DNA of 36,127 bases from Caulobacterales bacterium RIFOXYB1_FULL_67_16. GTDB taxonomy: Bacteria; Pseudomonadota; Alphaproteobacteria; Caulobacterales; Caulobacteraceae. Below the pieces are notes generated by a model. It ran no database searches. It saw only the letters and a list, made by a program, of their open reading frames with translations, and was not told the DNA's origin. Made by a program: the position numbers and the translations under genes. Shown one piece after another: positions 18,476 through 25,839 of this stretch. Position 1 is the first letter of the stretch. Each line of letters starts with the position of its first letter. Where the stretch lies: NCBI GenBank assembly GCA_001796045.1, contig MGLN01000110.1, forward strand, positions 8,215-44,341. Reading direction: 5' to 3'.

Positions 18476-19995
18476 TCCGTCGGTCCGTGGGTCTCGTCCC
18501 TCTGCTCCTCGCGGCCTCGGCCGGCCCGGTGTTCGCCCAGAGCCACGCCGGGCACGGCGCGGCGGCTAACGCCGTCCAGACCGCCGTCCAGCTGCCCGCC
18601 GGTTGCGTCCGGCGCGGCGCGCCGACGGCGGATCCGTCCCGCGTCGGAACGCCCGGGGCGCCGGTCTGCCCGACCGGCGCCGTGCCCGAGCGCGCGCCGG
18701 CGTCGGCGGATCCCCACGCCGGGCACGACATGTCGACGATGGGCCAGACCGCGCCCGCGCCGGCCATGCCGGCGGGACATGACATGTCGACCATGCAGAG
18801 CGGCCAACAGCCGGCCGCCGCCGGTCAGCCGGATCCCCACGCCGGGCACGACATGTCGACGATGCGGCAGACCGCGCCCGCGCCGGCCACGCCGGCGGGC
18901 CACGACATGTCGACCATGCAGAGCGGCCAGCGGCCGGCCGCCGCCGGTCAGCCGGATCCCCACGCCGGACATGACATGTCGACGATGGGCCAGACCGCGC
19001 CGGCGCCGGCCATGCCGGCGGGACATGACATGTCGACCATGCAGAGCGGCCAACAGCCGGCCACCGCCGCTCAGCCGGATCCCCACGCCGGGCACGACAT
19101 GTCGACGATGCGGCAGACCGCGCCCGCGTCGGCCATGCCGGCGGGACATGACATGTCGACCATGGGGCAGATGCCCCCGGGTCATGACATGTCGGCCATG
19201 GCGATGCCGCCCGACGTGCCGACCAGCGCGGACAACCCGGGACGCCCTCCGGAAATGCCCCTTCCGCCCGGGGCGACCAGCGGCCCCGCTCACGCCGCCG
19301 ATACCCTGTTCGATCCCGCGGAGATGGCGGCGGCCCGCGAACAGCTTCGCGTCGAGAATGGCGACGTGCGGACCACCGCGGTGATCATTGACCAGCTCGA
19401 AGCGAGTTTCGGAGACGGCGAAGAAGGCTACGCGCTGGACGCGCAGGGCTGGACCGGCGGCGACATCAACCGCTTCTGGTGGAAGTCGGAAGTCGAGGGC
19501 GACTTCGACGGCGAGGTCGAGGAAGCCGAGATCCAGGCCCTTTACAGCCGGGCGTTCCGGCCCTTCTTCGACTTCCAGACGGGTCTGCGACAGACCTACC
19601 GTCCGGAGGGCGATCGAACCGATCTGGTCGTGGGCGTTCAGGGCCTCGCGCCCTACTGGTTCGAGGTCGATGCGGCGGCCTTCCTCTCCAACAAGGGTGA
19701 ACTCACGGCGAGGGCGGAGGCCGAATACGATCAGCGGATCACCAACCGCTGGATCGTGCAGCCTCGCGCTGAAGTCGTGCTGTCGGCCGAGGACATCCCC
19801 GAGCTCCGGATTGGATCCGGCCTGACGTCGCTCCAGATCGGGGCTCGGCTGCGGTACGAATTCCACAAGGAGTTCGCCCCCTATGTCGGCCTGGAATGGA
19901 CCAAGAGCTTCGGGAATACGGCGGACTTCCTCGAAGCCGATGGGCGAAGCTCGGAAGACACGCGCCTCGTCGTCGGCATCCGGACGTGGTTCTAG
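18472..19995 (+). CDS. copB: Outer-membrane copper resistance protein CopB/PcoB with extended His/Met repeat N-terminus
   Basis: ATGA overlap with copA; GWTGGDINRFWWKSE, GLAPYWFEVD, RLRYEFHKEFAPYVG, terminal WF. Confidence 0.95.
   Translation: MIRRSVGLVPLLLAASAGPVFAQSHAGHGAAANAVQTAVQLPAGCVRRGAPTADPSRVGTPGAPVCPTGAVPERAPASADPHAGHDMSTMGQTAPAPAMPAGHDMSTMQSGQQPAAAGQPDPHAGHDMSTMRQTAPAPATPAGHDMSTMQSGQRPAAAGQPDPHAGHDMSTMGQTAPAPAMPAGHDMSTMQSGQQPATAAQPDPHAGHDMSTMRQTAPASAMPAGHDMSTMGQMPPGHDMSAMAMPPDVPTSADNPGRPPEMPLPPGATSGPAHAADTLFDPAEMAAAREQLRVENGDVRTTAVIIDQLEASFGDGEEGYALDAQGWTGGDINRFWWKSEVEGDFDGEVEEAEIQALYSRAFRPFFDFQTGLRQTYRPEGDRTDLVVGVQGLAPYWFEVDAAAFLSNKGELTARAEAEYDQRITNRWIVQPRAEVVLSAEDIPELRIGSGLTSLQIGARLRYEFHKEFAPYVGLEWTKSFGNTADFLEADGRSSEDTRLVVGIRTWF
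18709..19163 (+). repeat. 123-bp (41-aa) tandem repeat, about 3.7 copies, in copB
   Basis: GATCCCCACGCCGG recurs at 18709, 18832, 18955 and 19078; unit DPHAGHDMSTMxQTAPAPAMPAGHDMSTMQSGQQPAAAGQP. Confidence 0.97.
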
Positions 19996-20110
19996 CGAAG
20001 GTCGGCGGCGGCGGGCCTCGTCTGATCCTTGGCCCCGATAGGCGGTCGCGGATCGTCGCCGAGGCGCGGCGTCCCCGGTCTCGGCGGCTGGAAAGGACGG
20101 GGAGGTCTCG

Positions 20111-20872
20111 GTGAGGCCGCGGCCCCTCTCGGCCGTGGTCATCGACCTCGACGACACCCTACTCTCGGCCTACCGCCGGCCGGATCTGGCCTGGCGGAGC
20201 GTCTGCTTGACGATGCAAGCCGAGTTGGGCGGCCTCGCCCCGGATGTCGCGGCGCAGGCGCTGACGCGGGCCGGGCAGGCGTTCTGGCGCGACCCGCGGT
20301 GTCATGAGTTGGGTCGCGCCGACCCACAACACGCGCGGCGCCTCATCGCGACAGTGGCCTTCGAGACCCTGCTTCGGGAAGGCCATCCCGCACCGGCTTC
20401 CGAAACGGTCTCGAGCCTCGCCGACGCCTTCAGCCGGCGGCGGGACGAAGAGATGCGGCTCGAGGCGGGGGCTGAGGCCCTGCTGCTCGACTTGCGCGAC
20501 GCGGGCTATCGCCTCGCGCTTCTCACCAACGGCGCCGGACCGTTGCAGCGCGCCAAGATCGAACGGTTCGGTCTCGAACCGTATTTCGATCACATTCAGA
20601 TCGAGGGCGAAGTCGGCGTGGGAAAGCCCTTTCCCGACGCGTTCAGGCGTGCGTTCGCCGCCCTGGCCGTCGAGGCCCCCGAGGTCTGCGTGATCGGCGA
20701 CAGCCTCGAATGGGACATCCGTCCGGCCAAGGCTCTGGGCTGTCGGACCGTGCTGTATGATCCGGAACGGGCCCTTGAGGCCGAACCCCGTCACGGGGAC
20801 GCCGACGTGGTGGTCGGGACCTTGACGGGCCTGGCGCGTTGTCTGCCTGCGCTTCACACTCAGCGTGAATGA
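20111..20872 (+). CDS. HAD-superfamily hydrolase (YjjG-like)
   Basis: IDLDDTL (motif I), LTNG, GKP, IGDSLEWDI; GTG start after GGAGG. Confidence 0.9.
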   Translation: MRPRPLSAVVIDLDDTLLSAYRRPDLAWRSVCLTMQAELGGLAPDVAAQALTRAGQAFWRDPRCHELGRADPQHARRLIATVAFETLLREGHPAPASETVSSLADAFSRRRDEEMRLEAGAEALLLDLRDAGYRLALLTNGAGPLQRAKIERFGLEPYFDHIQIEGEVGVGKPFPDAFRRAFAALAVEAPEVCVIGDSLEWDIRPAKALGCRTVLYDPERALEAEPRHGDADVVVGTLTGLARCLPALHTQRE

Positions 20873-20954
20873 AGGGTTCGGCGTGCGGGATACCGCCGCG
20901 TCGCTTTTAAGCCGCCCGCGATCGAGGTGCGCCAGATCGACGATCCGATCGCGC

Positions 20955-20987
20955 AAGAAAAGCGCCGCGCGGCGAGCCGCGCGGCGT
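20955..20987 (-). terminator. Rho-independent terminator for the lipoprotein-copC2 unit
   Basis: Minus strand CGCCGCGCGG-ctcg-CCGCGCGGCG followed by CTTTTCTT; a second hairpin AGGAGGCGG/CCGCCTCCT lies at 21012-21033. Confidence 0.7.
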
Positions 20988-21032
20988 TCCCCACCTCGGT
21001 TTCGGCCCCTCAGGAGGCGGGAGGCCGCCTCC

Positions 21033-21443
21033 TCAGTGAACCATGAAACGGACAACGCCGTTCATCTGATGGCCGTCGGCGCCCTTCGCGGTCCAGGCGG
21101 CGGCGTAGGAGCCGGGCGCGAGGGCCGGAAGCGGCGCGCTGACCGTGACCGCGGGGGCGGTCTCCGCTGACACGGCCACATCGACCGCCTGGTTCGACGG
21201 TCCGCCGGTCAGACGAAGGGACGTCAGGACCATGGCGTGCGGGAAAGTCGCCGAGAAGGTGGTCGGGGCGGAGGACAGCATGGCGTTGTCCGCCGGAGTG
21301 GTCGCCACGCCATTGGCCGGCGCCTGCATGGCGGCGTGGTCCTGCGCCGACATGCCGGCATGCGACTGGCTCTGGGCCTGGGCGGCCGACAGAGGAGCCA
21401 GGGCCGCGAGGGCGGCGAGAGGGGCGAGTATTGAACGGTTCAT
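21033..21443 (-). CDS. Atypical CopC-family protein with His/Met-rich N-terminal arm
   Basis: TTPADNAMLSSAP...LAPGSYAAAWTAKGADGHQMNG CopC fold; mature N-terminus QSQSHAGMSAQDHAAM instead of His1. Confidence 0.8.
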   Translation of the reverse strand: MNRSILAPLAALAALAPLSAAQAQSQSHAGMSAQDHAAMQAPANGVATTPADNAMLSSAPTTFSATFPHAMVLTSLRLTGGPSNQAVDVAVSAETAPAVTVSAPLPALAPGSYAAAWTAKGADGHQMNGVVRFMVH

Positions 21444-21468
21444 CGAAAACTCCTGGACTTCAAGCGAA

Positions 21469-21804
21469 CTACTGTTTGGGCGGCATGGTCATGCCGTCCA
21501 TCTTCGACATGTCATGGCCGGCCATCGGATCGGCAGGCGGCGGTGTCGGCTCTGGCGCGGGCGCGGGCCGGGGGGCCGGGCGGGGCGCCGATGCCTTGGG
21601 AGGCGCGGCCGGGGTTGATGCGGCAGGGGCGGGCGTGGCGGCCTGCGGCGGCGTCGACTCGGGGGTTGCGGCCGGCACGGCTTCCATCGGAGCCATCGCT
21701 GAAGCGTCCGGCGTCGGCTCGGCGTCCACCGGTTGAGGCTCGGCGGCGGGCTGGCAGGCGCCCAGGGTGACCGCCGCGGCCGCGGCGAGGATCGGCAATC
21801 TCAT
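21469..21804 (-). CDS. Pro/Ala-rich lipoprotein with C-terminal His/Met motif
   Basis: Lipobox LGAC; AGGAG RBS; low-complexity linker; ends DPMAGHDMSKMDGMTMPPKQ. Confidence 0.8.
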   Translation of the reverse strand: MRLPILAAAAAVTLGACQPAAEPQPVDAEPTPDASAMAPMEAVPAATPESTPPQAATPAPAASTPAAPPKASAPRPAPRPAPAPEPTPPPADPMAGHDMSKMDGMTMPPKQ

Positions 21805-21866
21805 GTGGCAAGCTCCTGATAAGAGGGCGACGGTCAGGTATTTCCATCGACGCCTTCATACTGGTT

Positions 21867-21892
21867 TACGCGGGCGAGCGCCGCAGCCCTCG
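21867..21892 (-). promoter_or_regulatory. CnrH-type ECF promoter for lipoprotein-copC2
   Basis: Minus strand CGAGGG ctgcggcgctcgcccg CGTA (N16). Confidence 0.8.
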
Positions 21893-21912
21893 CCGTCCGG
21901 CCTTCATCCGCG

Positions 21913-22491
21913 TCATTTCGGAGCCGGCGGGACGTCGCCCGCGCCGCCCAGGACATCGAACAGCTTGCGACGGGCGCGCGCCACGCGCGTCTCCACCGTC
22001 TTGACGGTCACGCCGAGAATTTCGGCCGCTTCCGCCTGGCTGCGCCCCTCGATCGCGGTGAGCAGCAGCGGGGCCTTGAGATGCGGCGGCAAAAGGCTGA
22101 TCGCCTCGTTCAGACGGGCGAGTCGGTCGCCGGCCTCCATCCGTTCATCCGCCGGCTCGTCGCCGTTCGCCACGGCCAAGGCTTCCGGCGATGCCAGATC
22201 GACGTCGCCCCGGATCAGGCGTCGGACGAACCGGCGGCGGCTCCAGTCCCGGCATTTGTTGAGCGCTATGGTCCGGATCCAGGCTTCGAAGGGCCGGGTC
22301 GGGTCATAGCGGCGGATGTTGATCCACGCCGCCGCATAGGTCTCCTGCAACAGATCCCACGCATCCTGTTCGTCGCCGACATAGCGCCGGACGAAGCGGA
22401 ACAGGGCCGTCTTGGTCTGCTGCATCAGCGCGCCGAAGGCCGCCCGATCGCCGCCGGCGGCGCGCGCTGACAGGTTCGCTGGACTCTCCAC
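21913..22491 (-). CDS. cnrH: ECF sigma factor, CnrH/NccH-like
   Basis: DAWDLLQETYAAAW...YDPTRPFEAWIRTIALNKCRDWSRRR; SQAEAAEILGVTVKTVETRVARAR; Y-X-H gene order. Confidence 0.85.
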   Translation of the reverse strand: MESPANLSARAAGGDRAAFGALMQQTKTALFRFVRRYVGDEQDAWDLLQETYAAAWINIRRYDPTRPFEAWIRTIALNKCRDWSRRRFVRRLIRGDVDLASPEALAVANGDEPADERMEAGDRLARLNEAISLLPPHLKAPLLLTAIEGRSQAEAAEILGVTVKTVETRVARARRKLFDVLGGAGDVPPAPK

Positions 22492-22499
22492 CCGGAACG

Positions 22500-22940
22500 C
22501 TAGCCTTCGTCGGGCGCGAGAGCCGCCACGATGCGGTCGTCGAAGACCTCGGCCTGGGCAGGGGTCAGCACCGACCGCATCTCGAAGACGTGGGCTATCG
22601 TCTCCTTCTGAAGGGCGCCCATGGCGACGTGGAAATGGTCGACCGCGGCCTGAACCGGGGGACCGTCGCCGTCGCTCTGTTCGATCGCGCGCGCCAGCTC
22701 GAGGTTGGCCGCGCGGACATCGGCTTCGAGCGCGGGCCGACGCGCTGCGAACCGGGCCTCGACCGCCTCGATGCGCGTCAACTGGTCAGGCGACAGCTTG
22801 AGATCGTGGTGCACGATGTCGTGCAGGGACGGCGGCTCGCGCCGGCTCAGCACCCAGCTGGCGCTGATCCAGGTGCCCGCGCCGCTGGCGACGGCCGCCA
22901 GCACGGCCGTCAGGACGATCGCGCGCCAGCCGCGCATCAC
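22500..22940 (-). CDS. cnrX: Periplasmic heavy-metal sensor, CnrX/NccX-like
   Basis: N-terminal TM anchor; LHDIVH, VEARF and HVFEMR correspond to the CnrX His/His/Glu/His/Met site; start overlaps the upstream TGA. Confidence 0.85.
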   Translation of the reverse strand: MMRGWRAIVLTAVLAAVASGAGTWISASWVLSRREPPSLHDIVHHDLKLSPDQLTRIEAVEARFAARRPALEADVRAANLELARAIEQSDGDGPPVQAAVDHFHVAMGALQKETIAHVFEMRSVLTPAQAEVFDDRIVAALAPDEG

Positions 22941-23218
22941 CGCCCGGTTTCCAGTCTCACCAGAGGCGACAGGCCCGCATCGACCGTGAAGATGGCCATC
23001 TCTCCCGGCGGGCTCGGCGCGGCGGCCGCGCCGACGCCGCCCGCCGTCAGACCGGTGGCGAGGGCCACGGCGACCGCGCCGAGACGGACCTGCGTGGCCA
23101 GTCTTTCGCCGCGAAGCGTCTCGACCCGGCTCCAGACCAGCGGTTCGAGCCCGTCGAGCGACCGGCCGATGGGCGTCATCGCGGACTCGGCCAGAATGTC
23201 ATCCAGTTTAAGCGACAT
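22937..23218 (-). CDS. Small single-TM anti-sigma factor, CnrY/NccY-like
   Basis: 93 aa with LDGLEPLVWSRV, one TM helix and C-terminal F...LSPLVRL; first gene of the Y-X-H cassette; AAGGAG RBS. Confidence 0.75.
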   Translation of the reverse strand: MSLKLDDILAESAMTPIGRSLDGLEPLVWSRVETLRGERLATQVRLGAVAVALATGLTAGGVGAAAAPSPPGEMAIFTVDAGLSPLVRLETGR

Positions 23219-23249
23219 CGAACACTCTCCTTGCGCCCCTACATCCTAC

Positions 23250-23275
23250 TACGGCCAAGACCGTGACATCCCTCG
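23250..23275 (-). promoter_or_regulatory. CnrH-type promoter for the cnrYXH-like operon (autoregulation)
   Basis: Minus strand CGAGGG atgtcacggtcttggc CGTA (N16). Confidence 0.8.
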
Positions 23276-23277
23276 GG

Positions 23278-23303
23278 CGAGGGGGCGGACCTCGCGCTGC
23301 GTA
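23278..23303 (+). promoter_or_regulatory. CnrH-type promoter for the DUF2231 operon
   Basis: CGAGGG ggcggacctcgcgctg CGTA (N16), 32 bp before the ATG at 23336. Confidence 0.8.
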
Positions 23304-23335
23304 GATAGCAGAAGGGACAGGAGTGGAGAGGGTTT

Positions 23336-23986
23336 ATGACATCACGCGGATTTTTCCCGGCATTGGGACTCGCGCTCGCCTTGTCGGTGAGCGCGCCCGC
23401 GATCGCGCACGAGGATCATGACGCCCCGGCGGTTCGCGGCCAGAGCGCCGCATCGACCGCCGAGGGGCCGCAATCGGACATGACGGCCATGCCCGGCATG
23501 GCGGCCGACATGGACCACGGGGCCATGATGGCGGACGAGGGTCCGAAACCCATGCCGCAGCGCCTGTACCGCTGGCTCGGCGCCATGCACCCGGCCGCGG
23601 TGCATTTTCCGATCGCCCTGTTCCTCGTCGCCGCCCTCCTCGAGATCGCCGCCCTGACCCTCCGGCGTCCGGTCCTGACCCAGGGCACGCGCGTCATCAT
23701 CGCCTTGGCGGCCATCTCCGCGGTCGGCGCAGTGGCATTGGGCTGGTTCGCCATGGGGATGCCGGGACGGGACGACGCGACCCACGCCTCTCACAGATGG
23801 CTCGGCACTTCGATCGCCGCGCTGGGCCTCCTCAGCTGGTGGGCGAAGGAGCACTGGGTCCGCCGGCCGGGGCCCGGGCGCGAGAGAGTCTACATCGGCC
23901 TGTTGACGCTCACCGCCGTCGCCGTCGTGATCAACGGCCTCTTGGGCGGCATGCTGACCCACGGCGTGAGACATCTGATGTTCTGA
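23336..23986 (+). CDS. DUF2231-like membrane protein with His/Met-rich periplasmic N-terminus
   Basis: Signal peptide AIA-HEDHD; MDHGAMM; HPAAVHFPIAL, HRWLG and GxLGGxLTHG motifs. Confidence 0.8.
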   Translation: MTSRGFFPALGLALALSVSAPAIAHEDHDAPAVRGQSAASTAEGPQSDMTAMPGMAADMDHGAMMADEGPKPMPQRLYRWLGAMHPAAVHFPIALFLVAALLEIAALTLRRPVLTQGTRVIIALAAISAVGAVALGWFAMGMPGRDDATHASHRWLGTSIAALGLLSWWAKEHWVRRPGPGRERVYIGLLTLTAVAVVINGLLGGMLTHGVRHLMF

Positions 23987-24075
23987 AGGCCGCGCCGTCG
24001 TTCAACCTTCTCGTTTTTTCACCCACGCCCGTCCGACACACCTTTCGCGGCCGGCAAACAGGAGCCTCGCCCACG

Positions 24076-24543
24076 ATGTTTCGTTCAACCTTCGCCGGAC
24101 TGGCGGTCGCCGCTCTCCTCGCCACCGCCTCGCAGGCCCAGACCGCGGACGAACAACAGGTCCGCGCCGTGGTCACCGCCTACAAGACCGCCATCGAGCG
24201 GATGGATGTGTCGCAGACGCCGGCCCTGTTCTGGTCCGACTCCGAAATCTTCGAGAACGGCGGCGTGGAGGGATCGTTCGCCTACTATCTGGAGCACCAT
24301 CTGGGTCCTGAGTTCGCCGATCTCGCTGGGTTCGACTTCCGCGACCACGACATGAAGATCGAGGTCGATGGCGATACGGCCTTCGTAAGCGAGACCTACA
24401 CCTACCACATCACCTTCAAGGACGGCGCGCGAGCTCCCATAGAACGCCGCGGCGCCGCGACCAGCGTCCTGCGCAAGCGAGGTGACGAGTGGAGGTTCGA
24501 CATCTATCATTCCTCGGCGCGGCCTTTCCGTCCGGCGGCCTGA
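24076..24543 (+). CDS. Secreted NTF2/SnoaL-like (DUF4440-type) protein
   Basis: Signal peptide; IFENGG...YLEHHLGPE; TSVLRKRGDEWRFDIYHSS; AGGAG RBS. Confidence 0.8.
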   Translation: MFRSTFAGLAVAALLATASQAQTADEQQVRAVVTAYKTAIERMDVSQTPALFWSDSEIFENGGVEGSFAYYLEHHLGPEFADLAGFDFRDHDMKIEVDGDTAFVSETYTYHITFKDGARAPIERRGAATSVLRKRGDEWRFDIYHSSARPFRPAA

Positions 24544-24593
24544 GCGCGACCGCGACGGTCAGCGCCGTTTGCACATCGTTTTCTTGAGGTCTC

Positions 24594-25067
24594 ATGGGGT
24601 CCCAGTCCATTCCACTCGCACGCCGCAGTCTCATCGCCATGGGAACGGGCGCCCTGGCGGTCGCGGCCTGCGCCCCGGTCGGTCGCGCGTCGAACGAGCT
24701 CGCCGTCTACAAGACGCCGACCTGCGCCTGTTGCACGGCCTGGGTGGATCACATGCGCGCCGCGGGCTTCGAGGCGCGGATCAGCGAGCTTCCCAGTCTC
24801 CGCTCGATCCGCAGCACCCAAGGCGTGCCCGAAGCCCTCGCGTCCTGTCACACCGCCCTGATCGGGGGCTATGTTCTGGAGGGCCATGTGCCGGCCGAGG
24901 ACGTGAGACGGCTTCTGGCCGAGCGTCCCAAGGCCGTGGGCCTGGCGGTTCCGGCGATGCCCCTGGGGTCGCCGGGCATGGAGACGCCGGACGGCCAGCG
25001 CGAGCCCTATGAGACCCTGCTGATCCTCGAGGGCGGCGGCACACGCGTCTTCGCGCGTCACGGCTAG
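24594..25067 (+). CDS. copG: DUF411 / CopG-type periplasmic copper oxidoreductase
   Basis: YKTPTCACCTAW, SCHTA, EGHVPA, GLAVPAMPLGSPGME; RR plus lipobox-like signal. Confidence 0.9.
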   Translation: MGSQSIPLARRSLIAMGTGALAVAACAPVGRASNELAVYKTPTCACCTAWVDHMRAAGFEARISELPSLRSIRSTQGVPEALASCHTALIGGYVLEGHVPAEDVRRLLAERPKAVGLAVPAMPLGSPGMETPDGQREPYETLLILEGGGTRVFARHG

Positions 25068-25080
25068 TCGGGTTCGTTCC

Positions 25081-25809
25081 ATGAAGGTTCTCAGGCTGTC
25101 GACCCAGCTTCACAAATGGGTCGCCCTCGTGGTGGGGCTGCAGGTTCTGTTCTGGGTCGGCGGCGGTCTGGTCATGACCGTCATTCCGATCGAGACGGTG
25201 CGTAGCGAACATCGCGCGGCCGAACTCAAGCCGGCTCTGCTTGAGGTTGGAGCTCTTCCGACCCTCGCCGTCGTGGCCCGTCGCGCGGGCGTGGCCCCTG
25301 TCGAGGCGGAGCTGCGCACGACGCCGCGCGGACCCGCCTGGACTTTGAAACCGGCGGACGGAGAGCCCGTCGTCGTGTCCGCCGTCACGGGCCTTCCGTT
25401 CGGGCCGATGTCCGCTGGCGAGGCCTCGGCGTTCGCCCGGACGGGCTACAAGGGCGAGGCGAAGGTGTCCGACGCCGTGCTGCTGGCCACGGCGCCTCAG
25501 GAAACCGGCCGGACAGGACCGCTCTGGAGGGTCGATTTCGCCGACCGCGAACGGACGACCTTCTATCTGTCGCCGGCCACCGGAGAGGTCGTGACGCGCC
25601 GCTCGGGCGTCTGGCGGTTCTATGACTTCTTCTGGCGGCTCCACATCATGGACTGGAAGACCGGCGAGAACTTCAACCATCCGCTGATCATCATCACGAC
25701 CTTCCTCACCCTGAGCATCGTGATCACCGGGATCATCCTGCTATGGATCCGCCTAGCGCGTGATCTGAAGGCTTTCCGGGCGTCTCGGCGGACGGGCGGT
25801 TCGAGTTGA
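25081..25809 (+). CDS. PepSY-domain / PepSY-associated TM helix protein
   Basis: LHKWVALVVGLQVLFW N-terminus; WRFYDFFWRLHIMDW...FNHPL C-terminus. Confidence 0.85.
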   Translation: MKVLRLSTQLHKWVALVVGLQVLFWVGGGLVMTVIPIETVRSEHRAAELKPALLEVGALPTLAVVARRAGVAPVEAELRTTPRGPAWTLKPADGEPVVVSAVTGLPFGPMSAGEASAFARTGYKGEAKVSDAVLLATAPQETGRTGPLWRVDFADRERTTFYLSPATGEVVTRRSGVWRFYDFFWRLHIMDWKTGENFNHPLIIITTFLTLSIVITGIILLWIRLARDLKAFRASRRTGGSS

Positions 25810-25839
25810 TGCGGGTTGCGGCCGGGCGCGGGCGGGTGG

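Noticed and set aside
18709-19163. Regular repeats as a possible CRISPR array
   Set aside because: Units are in-frame 123-bp coding repeats with no unique spacers, and no cas genes are present.
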